A DNA stretch of 64,000 nucleotides from Nitrospira sp. (GCA_047150005.1 AP038806.1:1344001-1408000), one strand, 5' to 3'. Positions 53,107-62,157 are shown, numbered from the stretch's first letter. Notes: generated by a model from the sequence alone, not told the origin. Made by a program: numbers and translations.

Positions 53107-53337
53107 TTATTCGTCGTCCTCGTCGTCCGCATCCATGGCCTCCTGACGTTTCTGCTCTTCCATGGCATTGTGCAGGAGCATGCGGATAAACATTGAATAC
53201 AATGAGCCTTTTTCCAGAGTCCCGCCCGGAGGGATTGCAATCTTGCCCTCCTTAATCATCTTATCCATCCATACCTTCTGATCCGGTGCGATCAGAATGG
53301 GAATCTCAACGAGTCCGACTCGGCCGAACATTTCCAT
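53107..53337 (-). CDS. Small hypothetical protein with acidic tail
   Basis: 76-aa ORF, RBS GGAGG, ends DADDEDDE. Confidence 0.7.
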   Translation of the reverse strand: MEMFGRVGLVEIPILIAPDQKVWMDKMIKEGKIAIPPGGTLEKGSLYSMFIRMLLHNAMEEQKRQEAMDADDEDDE

Positions 53338-53348
53338 GACTCAACCTC

Positions 53349-53429
53349 CGTGAAGCGTCGTTCGTATCTCGTATCTCGCAGGAGAATGAAGGGCATCGTA
53401 GAGATACGCTTCACGAGCTACAAGATACG
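53349..53429. repeat. Heptamer-array inverted repeat, solo copy
   Basis: CGTGAAG CGTCGTT CGTATCT CGTATCT ... AGATACG CTTCACG AGCTACA AGATACG. Confidence 0.85.
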
Positions 53430-53505
53430 CTGCCATTCCAGCACGCGGTTTTCTCGAATGTCAACCGCACCGCTATGGCATGGACTGTGCGTGCCGGTCA
53501 GTATC

Positions 53506-53850
53506 ATGGCTCACGCTCGAACCACGTTCGGCACGCTCATTGCCGTGGGGTTGATCCTCGCCGTTCCCCATCAGGGACCGGCGCAACCATCGACCGCGCC
53601 GCCTTCATCCCTCTCCTCCACACCGCTGGCTGCTGAGCCGACGGAATCGGACCTTCACCCGTCTTGCGACCTTTGCAGAAAACCGGAACGACGGTCGGGA
53701 AGCGATCTGCGACCGCACCGACTCAAGCGAGACAAGGGGCTGCATCCTCGAAAGCAATCGAGCGGCAGACACTCGTCGCCGGAGCAAGCCATGAAATCGA
53801 CCTTGCCGCGCCGAACGATCACTTCGAATGACGAGGTGAGGCAGGAATAG
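53506..53850 (+). CDS. Exported hypothetical protein
   Basis: Signal-like N-terminus (MAHARTTFGTLIAVGLILAV), CDLC motif, basic low-complexity tail. Confidence 0.45.
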   Translation: MAHARTTFGTLIAVGLILAVPHQGPAQPSTAPPSSLSSTPLAAEPTESDLHPSCDLCRKPERRSGSDLRPHRLKRDKGLHPRKQSSGRHSSPEQAMKSTLPRRTITSNDEVRQE

Positions 53851-54069
53851 GCTACGGGCCAGGTGGATAGGCCGCCCGGGTGGCGAAGTTCTCTGGAACG
53901 GATCAGGTTGACACTTTCCTGTATTTCACGGAGAATCCGGAAAATTTTGCGCGGTTCGGGATGAGGAACCACACGTCCTTCCGAAAACAGCGGCTAACCG
54001 AGGACGATAGCGCCGCGCCAGTCCTGGCCAACTAGATTCGGGGAAAGTGAAGGTTGCAGGATCCACTCA

Positions 54070-54900
54070 ATGGGCCCTTTACTCTTAACTTTTCCGCTCG
54101 TCCTGCTGCTTTGCACGGATGCGCCTGCGCAGGCGACTGAGCTTCCGTTGTTTGACGCCCACATCCACTACAATCACGACGTCTGGGAGTCGATCCCGTC
54201 GAGAGAAGCGATCGCGCGATTGCGTAACGCCGGAGTCAGGCGCGCGCTCGTTTCGAGTTCCAGCGACGAGGGCACGCAGAAATTGCTGGCGGAAGCGCGC
54301 GACCTGATCATTCCGGAGTTAAGACCGTACCGTCGGAACGGCGAAACCGGCAGCTGGTTTCTCGATGAGTCGGTGGTTGAGTACCTCCGGAAGCGCCTGA
54401 GCCTGCACTCCTACGTTGCGATTGGAGAGTTTCACGTGAGCGGCGAGAATGCTGATCTTCCGGTTGTCCGAGCTATCGTGCAACTCGCGAAGGACCACCG
54501 TCTGATGTTGCACGCGCATTCCGATGCCGACGCAGTGGAACGCCTGTTCCGGCAGGATCCTGGTGCTCGTATTCTCTGGGCCCACGGAGGTTATGAGAAG
54601 GCTCCGAGGATACGGGAGATGCTGCACCGCTACAAGAACTTGTGGGTCGAGCTCTCGTCCCGCGACGATCTGGTCCTGAACGGCCGGCTTGCGACAGACT
54701 GGCGGACCGTCCTGCTGGAGTTTTCCGATCGCTTCATGGTCGGCACCGATACCCACACACCGGATCGCTGGAACAGCATCGGCTCGAACGCGGACTCGGT
54801 TCGGGCCTGGCTGGCCGAGTTGCCCACGGAGGTCGCCGAGCGCATCGCCTACAAGAACGGCGAGGCTTGGCTCAAGGCCGGATTCTCCGATCGGCGCTGA
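54070..54900 (+). CDS. Exported amidohydrolase-superfamily protein
   Basis: Signal peptide; DAHIHY, IGEFH, HAH, WAHGG, MVGTD. Confidence 0.85.
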   Translation: MGPLLLTFPLVLLLCTDAPAQATELPLFDAHIHYNHDVWESIPSREAIARLRNAGVRRALVSSSSDEGTQKLLAEARDLIIPELRPYRRNGETGSWFLDESVVEYLRKRLSLHSYVAIGEFHVSGENADLPVVRAIVQLAKDHRLMLHAHSDADAVERLFRQDPGARILWAHGGYEKAPRIREMLHRYKNLWVELSSRDDLVLNGRLATDWRTVLLEFSDRFMVGTDTHTPDRWNSIGSNADSVRAWLAELPTEVAERIAYKNGEAWLKAGFSDRR

Positions 54901-54939
54901 CGCGGATAGGTGGCTCCTGTCTTGATGAGCGTCCCGCGA

Positions 54940-55047
54940 TTACTTCTTTTTCTTGTCGGAGGGATTTTCCGAGAACAGCAGCCAACCGAGCACGACGAAG
55001 CCGATCACCACACCCCCAATGGCCAGCCAGGTCCCGATTTTGTCCAT
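54940..55047 (-). CDS. 35-aa single-pass membrane protein
   Basis: MDKIGTWLAIGGVVIGFVVLGWLLFSENPSDKKKK; TGATG coupling to the thioesterase stop. Confidence 0.65.
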   Translation of the reverse strand: MDKIGTWLAIGGVVIGFVVLGWLLFSENPSDKKKK

Positions 55048-55448
55048 CAGCTGTTCCCTTTCGCGTCGGACTGTAGCGCGGCCACAATCACCTTGTCGAG
55101 ACGCGTCACCTTACCATTGCCGTTGGTGGCAGCCAGTCTGGCGGAGCCTTCCACCACGACGCGCCCGCTTTCTTTGTCCTTGATCACATGTGCAAAGGTC
55201 AACGAAGCGGCGCTGAGATCATGGACGGCCGTCTCGATGACCAACGTCTCTCCATAGCGAGCCGGTGAACGGTAGTCCACTTCCGCATGCACAACGACAA
55301 ACACGGTGCCTTCGCTCATCAACTTCGCCACCGACAACCCGCGTTCCTCAAGATACTGCGTCCGCGCCCGTTCGAAATACTTGAGATAGTTCGCGTAGTA
55401 GACGACGCCCCCGCAATCGGTGTCTTCGTAATAAATGCGGATGTCCAT
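55047..55448 (-). CDS. YbgC/FadM-family acyl-CoA thioesterase
   Basis: RIYYEDTDCGGVVYYANYLKYFERART hotdog motif. Confidence 0.92.
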   Translation of the reverse strand: MDIRIYYEDTDCGGVVYYANYLKYFERARTQYLEERGLSVAKLMSEGTVFVVVHAEVDYRSPARYGETLVIETAVHDLSAASLTFAHVIKDKESGRVVVEGSARLAATNGNGKVTRLDKVIVAALQSDAKGNS

Positions 55449-55449
55449 T

Positions 55450-55479
55450 CGTATCTCGTCGTTCGTGAAGCGTATCTCG
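55450..55479. repeat. Heptamer array, left arm flanking the four-helix-bundle gene
   Basis: CGTATCT CGTCGTT CGTGAAG CGTATCT CG; fills the gap between the TAG at 55480-55482 and the thioesterase ATG. Confidence 0.85.
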
Positions 55480-55833
55480 CTAGAGCCGTTTGATCAGGTT
55501 CCTCAGCATTCTGGACTCGTGGTCGAGCTGTTCCAGCACCGTGTCCCGATCGCCGATCGACAGAAATCCTAAATCGTGGGCCACCTCAACTTGTGTTTCG
55601 AGTTCCGCACAGGAACCCAACGCGACATAGCGGAGCTGTCGATATTCTGCGTTATGCTTTCTGTTAAATCCTTCCGCGATATTTGAAGGAATCGACACAA
55701 CCGCACGACGCATCTGCGAGACAAGTCCGTACATTTCTTCTTTCGGGAAACTCTTCGTCACTCGATAGACGGCGAGAACGATCTCCTTACCTAATCTCCA
55801 TACTTCGAGCTCGCGAAAATTTCTGATCTTCAT
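55480..55833 (-). CDS. Four-helix-bundle protein (23S rRNA IVP/Avd-like)
   Basis: FRELEVWR, TKSFPKEEMYGLVSQMRRAVVSIPSNIAEG, ALGSCAELETQ. Confidence 0.93.
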   Translation of the reverse strand: MKIRNFRELEVWRLGKEIVLAVYRVTKSFPKEEMYGLVSQMRRAVVSIPSNIAEGFNRKHNAEYRQLRYVALGSCAELETQVEVAHDLGFLSIGDRDTVLEQLDHESRMLRNLIKRL

Positions 55834-55860
55834 ATTTCTCGCCCGCGTATCCGGCTCTCT

Positions 55861-55895
55861 GCTTGCGCTTCACGCTTCACGAGATACGCTTCACG
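55861..55895. repeat. Heptamer array, right arm flanking the four-helix-bundle gene
   Basis: GCTTGCG CTTCACG CTTCACG AGATACG CTTCACG; 55880-55895 is the exact reverse complement of 55464-55479. Confidence 0.85.
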
Positions 55896-57150
55896 GTAGA
55901 TGTAGCTTTGGAAATTGAGGTAGAGATGACTCGGTCACGCTCGCCATTCTGACGACCACGTCGTACAGCTGCTGCACCCGCTCGGCCTTCACCGGTTCGA
56001 ATCCATGACCCAGAATCCCATGGTTCGCCGCATCGAGTAGGGGTTTCATGGTGGGCCACTCCCGCAGAAAGGATTGTCCCAATTGATCGCCCAGTCCGGC
56101 CAGTGCACGGAACTGGGCCTGTAGCGGCAGCCGGTACTTGCCGTCGATGTCGTCCATATGACAGAGGCGACAGGTTTCCTGAAGGACCTGGGGCAACTGA
56201 TCAGGCCGCACGTCCCACGTCTTGATCCCATGCGCTGTAAAGAGGCGGCGTTGCGCCATGGCTTCCAGCGCCCTGACCAGTGCTCGCATCGCCGCCTCCG
56301 GATCGTTCGTCACACGCAATCGACGTCCCGCATGGGCGAGGAGATCGACCGCGACCAATTCTTTGACTTCCGAGGGGTCGAGCACGAGCTTCTCGAGAAA
56401 CCCCGAATTGGCTTTGATCGCCGGCAGGCATGCCTTCACTTCCGCCGGGCCGCCGAACAGGGTCGCCATCTCCAGCGCCTTGATCGAGGATTTCAACTTC
56501 TCCCAGGCTTGACGATGCTGAAACCGTTCCCACAAATCATAGCCGTCGGCCACGTCGACGAGCGCGCGATACAGCGGTTTCAGCCCCCCGCTCACGCGAT
56601 GCTCGACCTGGCGAAAGATCGCGGCGGCCGCCGCCAACGCGCCGCGATTGAACAGGGCACATCCTTCTCGCCTCGTGCCTCTGGCAGCCTCGTCCCAGGG
56701 ATTGGCCTGGACCCATTGCCACTCGATCCCGTCGAGCGTGACCGTCTCTCCGTCACGCCCTTCTTGCGCGCCGATGACGGATACCACGCGGGACGCATGC
56801 GGCATGGCCGCCAGCGTCAACCCCGCCGCCATCGCCGCCGTGGCGCCCGATAGATCCACCACGAGCGCTCCCGATTCGATTCCCCAGGTTTCGAGCAGTG
56901 TCGGCAACGATCGGGCGATCGTCACGTAACAGGCCGGGAAACTCTCGACATCGGGCACGACGATCCAGTCCCAGCGTCGTGGGATCTGGGACAGCTTGGG
57001 TTGCAGATCGTGTTCGACCAACGGTTTCGCCGATTCGGGAAGGACGAAGCAGGCGGCGTCGGGTCGCAAGCGGTTGAGGGAATAGACCGCACCCGCGACC
57101 TCCTTCGTCAGCGCCACGACCAAGGCTTGAACCGGCTGTTCTTGTGCCAT
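55891..57150 (-). CDS. TIGR02710-like CARF/HEPN protein, degenerate motifs
   Basis: YSLNRLRPD..FV, VVDLSGATAAM (cf. DxTGGTK), NP, LFN, YDLWERFQH, DLLAHAGRR, RALEAMAQ, ILGHGFEP. Confidence 0.7.
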   Translation of the reverse strand: MAQEQPVQALVVALTKEVAGAVYSLNRLRPDAACFVLPESAKPLVEHDLQPKLSQIPRRWDWIVVPDVESFPACYVTIARSLPTLLETWGIESGALVVDLSGATAAMAAGLTLAAMPHASRVVSVIGAQEGRDGETVTLDGIEWQWVQANPWDEAARGTRREGCALFNRGALAAAAAIFRQVEHRVSGGLKPLYRALVDVADGYDLWERFQHRQAWEKLKSSIKALEMATLFGGPAEVKACLPAIKANSGFLEKLVLDPSEVKELVAVDLLAHAGRRLRVTNDPEAAMRALVRALEAMAQRRLFTAHGIKTWDVRPDQLPQVLQETCRLCHMDDIDGKYRLPLQAQFRALAGLGDQLGQSFLREWPTMKPLLDAANHGILGHGFEPVKAERVQQLYDVVVRMASVTESSLPQFPKLHLP

Positions 57151-57301
57151 CGCGCGCGGACTATAGCATCGGTCCGGGCGGTGATCAATTGACACGAGCG
57201 GCGCCTCGCTTCCGCTTGACGACATCTCGCAACGCGCTTAGACTTCGCGGCAACGCGCAGCATCGTCTCTCCGCATCGCGTTCCTCTCGGAAGGCTTCCC
57301 G

Positions 57302-57739
57302 ATGGTCTGGTGGTACTGGATGGTGTTGGGTTTGGCGCTGCTCGGGGCTGAGATGGCGACGCCGGGCGGATTCTACATTCTCTTTTTTGGTCTTGCCGCG
57401 TTGATCGTCGGCACGGCGACCGGAACCGGGATCGTCCAGACCGACTGGATCCAATGGCTGCTGTTTTCCGTCGTGGCCGTGGGTTCTCTCTTGGTCTTCC
57501 GGGGCCCGCTCCTGGCGAAATTGAGTCCTCAAGGGCCACGCGGTGAGCCGGACATCGATTCGATGGTCGGAGAAACCGCCATTCCGCTCGAGCCGCTGGC
57601 GGCCGGGGAGACAGGAAAAGCGGAACTGCGCGGGACGACGTGGACGGCCAAGAACGTCGGCCCCGAATCCCTCCGCAAGGGCCAGCGGGGCAAAGTGACC
57701 CGCGTCGAAGGATTGACGATCTGGATCACCAACGAATAG
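57302..57739 (+). CDS. NfeD-family membrane protein
   Basis: WMVLGLALLGAEM, C-terminal OB fold GKAELRGTTWTA; upstream of an SPFH gene. Confidence 0.9.
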   Translation: MVWWYWMVLGLALLGAEMATPGGFYILFFGLAALIVGTATGTGIVQTDWIQWLLFSVVAVGSLLVFRGPLLAKLSPQGPRGEPDIDSMVGETAIPLEPLAAGETGKAELRGTTWTAKNVGPESLRKGQRGKVTRVEGLTIWITNE

Positions 57740-57789
57740 CCGCTCCATCTATTATTGTCTTATTAGTTGTTTTGGGGTGAGGAGGTCGC

Positions 57790-58728
57790 ATGGCATCGGG
57801 AACTCTCGTCGTGCTCATTCTAGCGCTGCTCGTCCTCTACGTGATCGCCAAGACGGCGGTGGTCGTGCCTCAACAGAGCGCCTACGTGGTGGAGCGGCTC
57901 GGCAAATATTCCGCCACCTTGAACGCCGGGTTCCACATCCTGCTCCCGTTCATCGACACCATCCGATACAGGCATTCGCTGAAGGAGGTCGCCATCGACA
58001 TCCCCGAGCAGGTCTGTATCACTCGCGACAACGTGCAAGTCTCCGTGGACGGTGTGCTCTACCTCAAGGTGTTGAACCCGGAACGGGCGTCCTACGGGAT
58101 CAGTGATTATCACTTTGCGCTCTCGCAGCTCGCCCAGACGACGCTCCGCAGCGAAATCGGAAAGATCGAACTCGACCGCACGTTCGAAGAGCGGACGAAC
58201 ATCAACATCCAGGTCGTCAACGAACTGGACAAGGCCTCCGAGCCTTGGGGCGTGAAGGTGTTGCGCTATGAAATCAAGAACATCACGCCTCCCAAGGACG
58301 TGCTGAACGCGATGGAAAAGCAGATGCGCGCCGAGCGCGAGAAGCGCGCCCTGATTCTCACCTCCGAGGGCGAGCGCGACGCCGCCATCAACCAGGCCGA
58401 GGGGGAAAAGCAGCAAGTCATCAAGGCCTCGGAAGCGAGAAAGCAGCAGCAGATCAACGAAGCGGAAGGCGCGGCGGCCGCGATCCTCGCCATCGCGCAG
58501 GCGACCGCGGAGGGACTGCACAAGGTCGCCGACACCATCCGCGTTCCCGGAGGCCAGGAAGCGGTGCAACTGCGGGTCGCCGAACAGTACATCGCCAAGT
58601 TCGGCGAGTTGGCAAAAGCGGGCACGACGCTCGTGCTCCCCGCCAGCGTGTCCGACGTCGGCTCCATGATCGCCCTGGCGATGAGCGCCGTCCGCCAGGC
58701 CTCGGCGCCGCCGCACACCAAGTCGTAA
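57790..58728 (+). CDS. SPFH/band 7 (stomatin-like) protein
   Basis: VVERLGKY, QVCITRDNV, AQTTLRSEIG, QMRAEREKRA; RBS GAGGAGG. Confidence 0.95.
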   Translation: MASGTLVVLILALLVLYVIAKTAVVVPQQSAYVVERLGKYSATLNAGFHILLPFIDTIRYRHSLKEVAIDIPEQVCITRDNVQVSVDGVLYLKVLNPERASYGISDYHFALSQLAQTTLRSEIGKIELDRTFEERTNINIQVVNELDKASEPWGVKVLRYEIKNITPPKDVLNAMEKQMRAEREKRALILTSEGERDAAINQAEGEKQQVIKASEARKQQQINEAEGAAAAILAIAQATAEGLHKVADTIRVPGGQEAVQLRVAEQYIAKFGELAKAGTTLVLPASVSDVGSMIALAMSAVRQASAPPHTKS

Positions 58729-58753
58729 CGCTCGTACCGCACGGCGCGTGCGT

Positions 58754-58783
58754 TTGACAGGACGGTTGCCCTGCCCCTAGAAT
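58754..58783 (+). promoter_or_regulatory. Sigma70-type promoter of gmhA (probably leaderless)
   Basis: TTGACA-18 nt-TAGAAT, ATG 8 nt later, no Shine-Dalgarno. Confidence 0.6.
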
Positions 58784-58791
58784 CGCGCGCG

Positions 58792-59370
58792 ATGAAAGAT
58801 GCGGTGCTCAACGCGTTTGCGGAAAGCGCGGCCGTCAAACAACAATTCGTGCGCGAGCAGGCGGACCGGATCGTGCAAGTTGCGGAACTGACGGCGGCGG
58901 CCCTCGCGAAGGGGCATAAGGTATTGCTCTTCGGCAACGGAGGCAGCGCGACCGACGCGGCCCATATCGCGGCCGAATTCGTGGGCCGCTATAAGCGAGA
59001 CCGCGCGCCGCTGCCGGCGATTGCCCTGGCGACCGACATCGCCGCCATTACCTGCATCGCCAACGACTACGGATACGACGAGCTCTTCGCGCGCCAGGTT
59101 CGCGCCCACGGCCGGGCGGGCGACATCGCGATTGCGATCAGCACCAGCGGCAACTCTCTCAACGTCCTGAAGGGTGCGGAAGCCGCCAAGGCGTGCGGGC
59201 TTACCACCGTCGCCTGGACCGGCGGAAGCGGGGGCAAGCTGGCCGGACTCGTGGAATTTCCCTTCGTCGTGCCGTCCACGGTGACCGCCCGCATCCAGGA
59301 ATGCCATATCACGATGGGCCACGTGATATGTGAATTGATCGAGGACCATCTCCTTGGCAAAGCCTCCTGA
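58792..59370 (+). CDS. gmhA: D-sedoheptulose-7-phosphate isomerase
   Basis: GNGGSATDAAHIAAE, NDYGY, STSGNS, TARIQECH. Confidence 0.96.
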   Translation: MKDAVLNAFAESAAVKQQFVREQADRIVQVAELTAAALAKGHKVLLFGNGGSATDAAHIAAEFVGRYKRDRAPLPAIALATDIAAITCIANDYGYDELFARQVRAHGRAGDIAIAISTSGNSLNVLKGAEAAKACGLTTVAWTGGSGGKLAGLVEFPFVVPSTVTARIQECHITMGHVICELIEDHLLGKAS

Positions 59371-60346
59371 CCGGAAGGTCCCGCTTCGCGCGGCTCGCGC
59401 GCTGATCCCGCCGATCAATGTATCGGACCTGAAGACGTATCCCCTGAAAAAGCGCCACAGCAAAGTGCGGGTGTCCGATTTCGCCAAGCCGTGGCGTCGC
59501 GGAGACAGCTTCGCCCGATTCTACCGGTCCTTGCCGGACATCCTTGGCGTAAAGACGCTTCGAGCCGTGGCCGCCTCGATCGCCGCGGCCCATCGTAAGC
59601 GCAGGCCCGTGATCGTCGGCATCGGCGCCCATGTGGTGAAGGTCGGACTGACTCCCATCTTCGTGGACCTCATGAACCGCGGCATTGTGTCGGCCGTGGC
59701 CATGAACGGAGCCGGCATCATTCACGATTTCGAGCTGGCGCTCATGGGCCATACGTCGGAGGAGGTCGACGCCGAGATCGACCAAGGCCGTTTCGGCATG
59801 GCCGAAGAAACCGGCCGCATGATCAACGAAGCGATCATTCAGGGCGCGCAAGAACAGTGCGGGCTCGGCGAGGCCGTGGGACGCTATATCGATCGTTCCC
59901 GCCGGCTGTTTCGAAACCACGAGACGAGCATCCTGGCGGCCGGTGTGAGACTCGGCATCCCGGTCACGGTGCACGTCGCAATCGGGACCGACATCATTCA
60001 CATGCATCCGTCGGCCGACGGCGCGGCGATCGGCGACACGTCCCTGTTTGATTTTCGGCGGCTGACGGCCGTGGTGTCGGGGATGGAAGGCGGGGTCTAT
60101 CTCAACATGGGCTCGGCCGTGGTCCTGCCGGAAGTGTTCCTCAAGACCGTGTCGCTCGCGCGGAATCTCGGCCACGCCCTGACGCAGATCACCACCGTCA
60201 ACATGGACTTTCTGTCGCACTACCGCCCGTTGACCAACGTCGTGCGCCGACCGACGCAGAAGGGCGGCCAGGGCTATGCGCTCATCGGTCATCATGAAAT
60301 CATGGTTCCGCTGCTCGCGGCGGCCATTTACGAAGAATTGGGGTAA
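59354..60346 (+). CDS. Deoxyhypusine-synthase-like fold protein, function unknown
   Basis: GIGAHVVKVG, MNGAGIIHDFE, IGTDIIH, GSAVVLPEVFLK; DHS-like by resemblance only. Confidence 0.7.
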   Translation: MAKPPDRKVPLRAARALIPPINVSDLKTYPLKKRHSKVRVSDFAKPWRRGDSFARFYRSLPDILGVKTLRAVAASIAAAHRKRRPVIVGIGAHVVKVGLTPIFVDLMNRGIVSAVAMNGAGIIHDFELALMGHTSEEVDAEIDQGRFGMAEETGRMINEAIIQGAQEQCGLGEAVGRYIDRSRRLFRNHETSILAAGVRLGIPVTVHVAIGTDIIHMHPSADGAAIGDTSLFDFRRLTAVVSGMEGGVYLNMGSAVVLPEVFLKTVSLARNLGHALTQITTVNMDFLSHYRPLTNVVRRPTQKGGQGYALIGHHEIMVPLLAAAIYEELG

Positions 60347-60352
60347 TTCACC

Positions 60353-60982
60353 ATGGCTTCTTCCCCCACGCCTCCTCTGACGGCGGACGAGCTTGCGGCG
60401 ATCTGGTTCGACCTCAACGTGCGATTTTTCGACGGGGCCCTGCCTCCCATCGATCTGGTCTGGAGCCGGCGGCTTACCTCCTCGATCGGCATGTTCGTGA
60501 GCCGCGGCGGACCCAGATCATCGTGGAGCGAGCCGGCGTCCTCCAAGCAGCCACGGAGGGAAATCCGGTTGTCCCTGCCGCTCCTCACGCCGCTGCTGGC
60601 CCGGTCGACGCACGGCTTCAACGAGCTGCTGAGCACGATGGCACATGAAATGATCCATCAGTGGCAATACGACATCCTCAAGCGACACCCCAGTCATGGT
60701 CCCGACTTCCTGAGGAAAATGACCGAGTTGAACCGCGACGGCTCCCTCTCCGTCACCCTGTACCATTCGTTGCAACAGGAGGTTCTCGCCCTGGCGCGCT
60801 TCGCGTGGCGGTGCCGGCAATGCGGCCGCATCTATCGCCGCCAACGGCGGACGATTCAACCGCGTCGACACCATTGTGGCAGTTGCCGCGGCGCACTGCA
60901 GGAACTGGGCACCGTGCGCCGCATCGAGTCCACAGCCGCCCGCCCGTCCCAGGATCGCACGCAGCTCTCCTTGCCCTTCTAG
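60353..60982 (+). CDS. SprT-like zinc metalloprotease
   Basis: FFDGALP, HEMIH, HGPDF, CRQC...CGSC zinc ribbon. Confidence 0.9.
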   Translation: MASSPTPPLTADELAAIWFDLNVRFFDGALPPIDLVWSRRLTSSIGMFVSRGGPRSSWSEPASSKQPRREIRLSLPLLTPLLARSTHGFNELLSTMAHEMIHQWQYDILKRHPSHGPDFLRKMTELNRDGSLSVTLYHSLQQEVLALARFAWRCRQCGRIYRRQRRTIQPRRHHCGSCRGALQELGTVRRIESTAARPSQDRTQLSLPF

Positions 60983-60999
60983 CGGGAGCGGAATGTCCC

Positions 61000-62157
61000 A
61001 TGGGATGGCCGCGTCAGATCTTCTTCGGTGACGTGGACGCCATGTTCGCCTCCGCCGCGATCGTGAAGGCCCCGGAGTTGGCCGGCAAGCCCGTGGCGGT
61101 CGGCGGACAGGCGCCACGGGGCATCATCGCCGCCGCGAGTTACGCGGCGCGGGCATTCGGCGTCCACTCCGCCATGCCGACGGTCACGGCGATCCGCCTT
61201 TGTCCCGATCTCGTGCTGCTGCCTCCCGATCGCCCGCTCTACCGCCAACTGCACGACCGGATGCAACGCGTGACCGACCGCCTTTTTCCCACCGTGGAGT
61301 GGAGCAGCATCGACGAATTTTACGTCGACACCACAGACCTTCAGCGTTTGCATCCCGACCCGGCGGCATTGGGCCGCACGATCAAGCGGGCCATCTTCGA
61401 CGAAACCGGTCTCTGCTGCACGGTCGGAGCGTCCACCGGCAAAGTGACGGCGAAGATCGCGGCGGACGCGGCCAAGCCCGACGGTCTGCTGATCATCGCT
61501 CCGGGATCGGAAGCGGCGTTTCTGGCCAATCGGCCGCTTCGAGCGCTGCCGGGCATCGGTCCCAAGACCGGCGAGCGGCTGCAGACCATCGGACTGCGCA
61601 CGATCGCCGATCTGCTCGATCCGCGATGGGAGACGTCGCTGCGCCCGCTCTTCGGCCAGCGGCTCCATTGGGTGCGGGAACTCGCGCAGGGGATCGATCA
61701 CGAGCCGGTCGTGCCGGACCGCGAATCCAAGAGCATGAGCCATGAGACCACGTTCGAGCACGACACCGGAGACCCGGCCTTTATCGAGCGGGTGCTGCGC
61801 GGTTTCCTGACGGCGCTGGCTCGAGAACTCCGGCAGGAGGCCCTGGCGGCGGGCTCGGTGACCGTCAAGCTCAAGGACGCGCGATTCGCCGTGACGACGA
61901 AGCAGCGCCGGTTTCCCCGACCGCTCAACTACGACCCCGACATGTGGCCCACCATTAGAGAGAGCCTTCAGGAACTCATGAAGCCCGGAGTCGCGTACCG
62001 ATTGGCCGGATTGGCCGTGACCTTGCTGACTCCCGCGCCATCCGGACTCTTCGACGGGCGCCGCAGCAAGGCCATCGAGGCGATGGATGCCATTATCGCC
62101 CGGCATGGGTCGGGCGTGATGGGACTCGGCGGCGTCTCCCGGACGGACGACGAATAA
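61000..62157 (+). CDS. dinB: DNA polymerase IV (Y family)
   Basis: DVDAMFAS, ASYAARAFGVHSAMP, SIDEFY, AKIAAD, KPDG, LPGIG, KSMSHETTF. Confidence 0.93.
   Translation: MGWPRQIFFGDVDAMFASAAIVKAPELAGKPVAVGGQAPRGIIAAASYAARAFGVHSAMPTVTAIRLCPDLVLLPPDRPLYRQLHDRMQRVTDRLFPTVEWSSIDEFYVDTTDLQRLHPDPAALGRTIKRAIFDETGLCCTVGASTGKVTAKIAADAAKPDGLLIIAPGSEAAFLANRPLRALPGIGPKTGERLQTIGLRTIADLLDPRWETSLRPLFGQRLHWVRELAQGIDHEPVVPDRESKSMSHETTFEHDTGDPAFIERVLRGFLTALARELRQEALAAGSVTVKLKDARFAVTTKQRRFPRPLNYDPDMWPTIRESLQELMKPGVAYRLAGLAVTLLTPAPSGLFDGRRSKAIEAMDAIIARHGSGVMGLGGVSRTDDE

Noticed and set aside
53350..53505. N-terminal extension MKRRSYLVSRR and ORFs 52796-53101 / 52848-53189
   Set aside because: Chance translations of the heptamer repeats.
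55480..55833. Diversity-generating retroelement (Avd-like gene)
   Set aside because: No reverse transcriptase or TR/VR pair seen in the window.
52996..55895. Heptamer repeats as a CRISPR array for the CARF gene
   Set aside because: Units are 7-nt degenerate tandem repeats in inverted arms, not 23-47-nt identical repeats with regular spacers; no cas genes.
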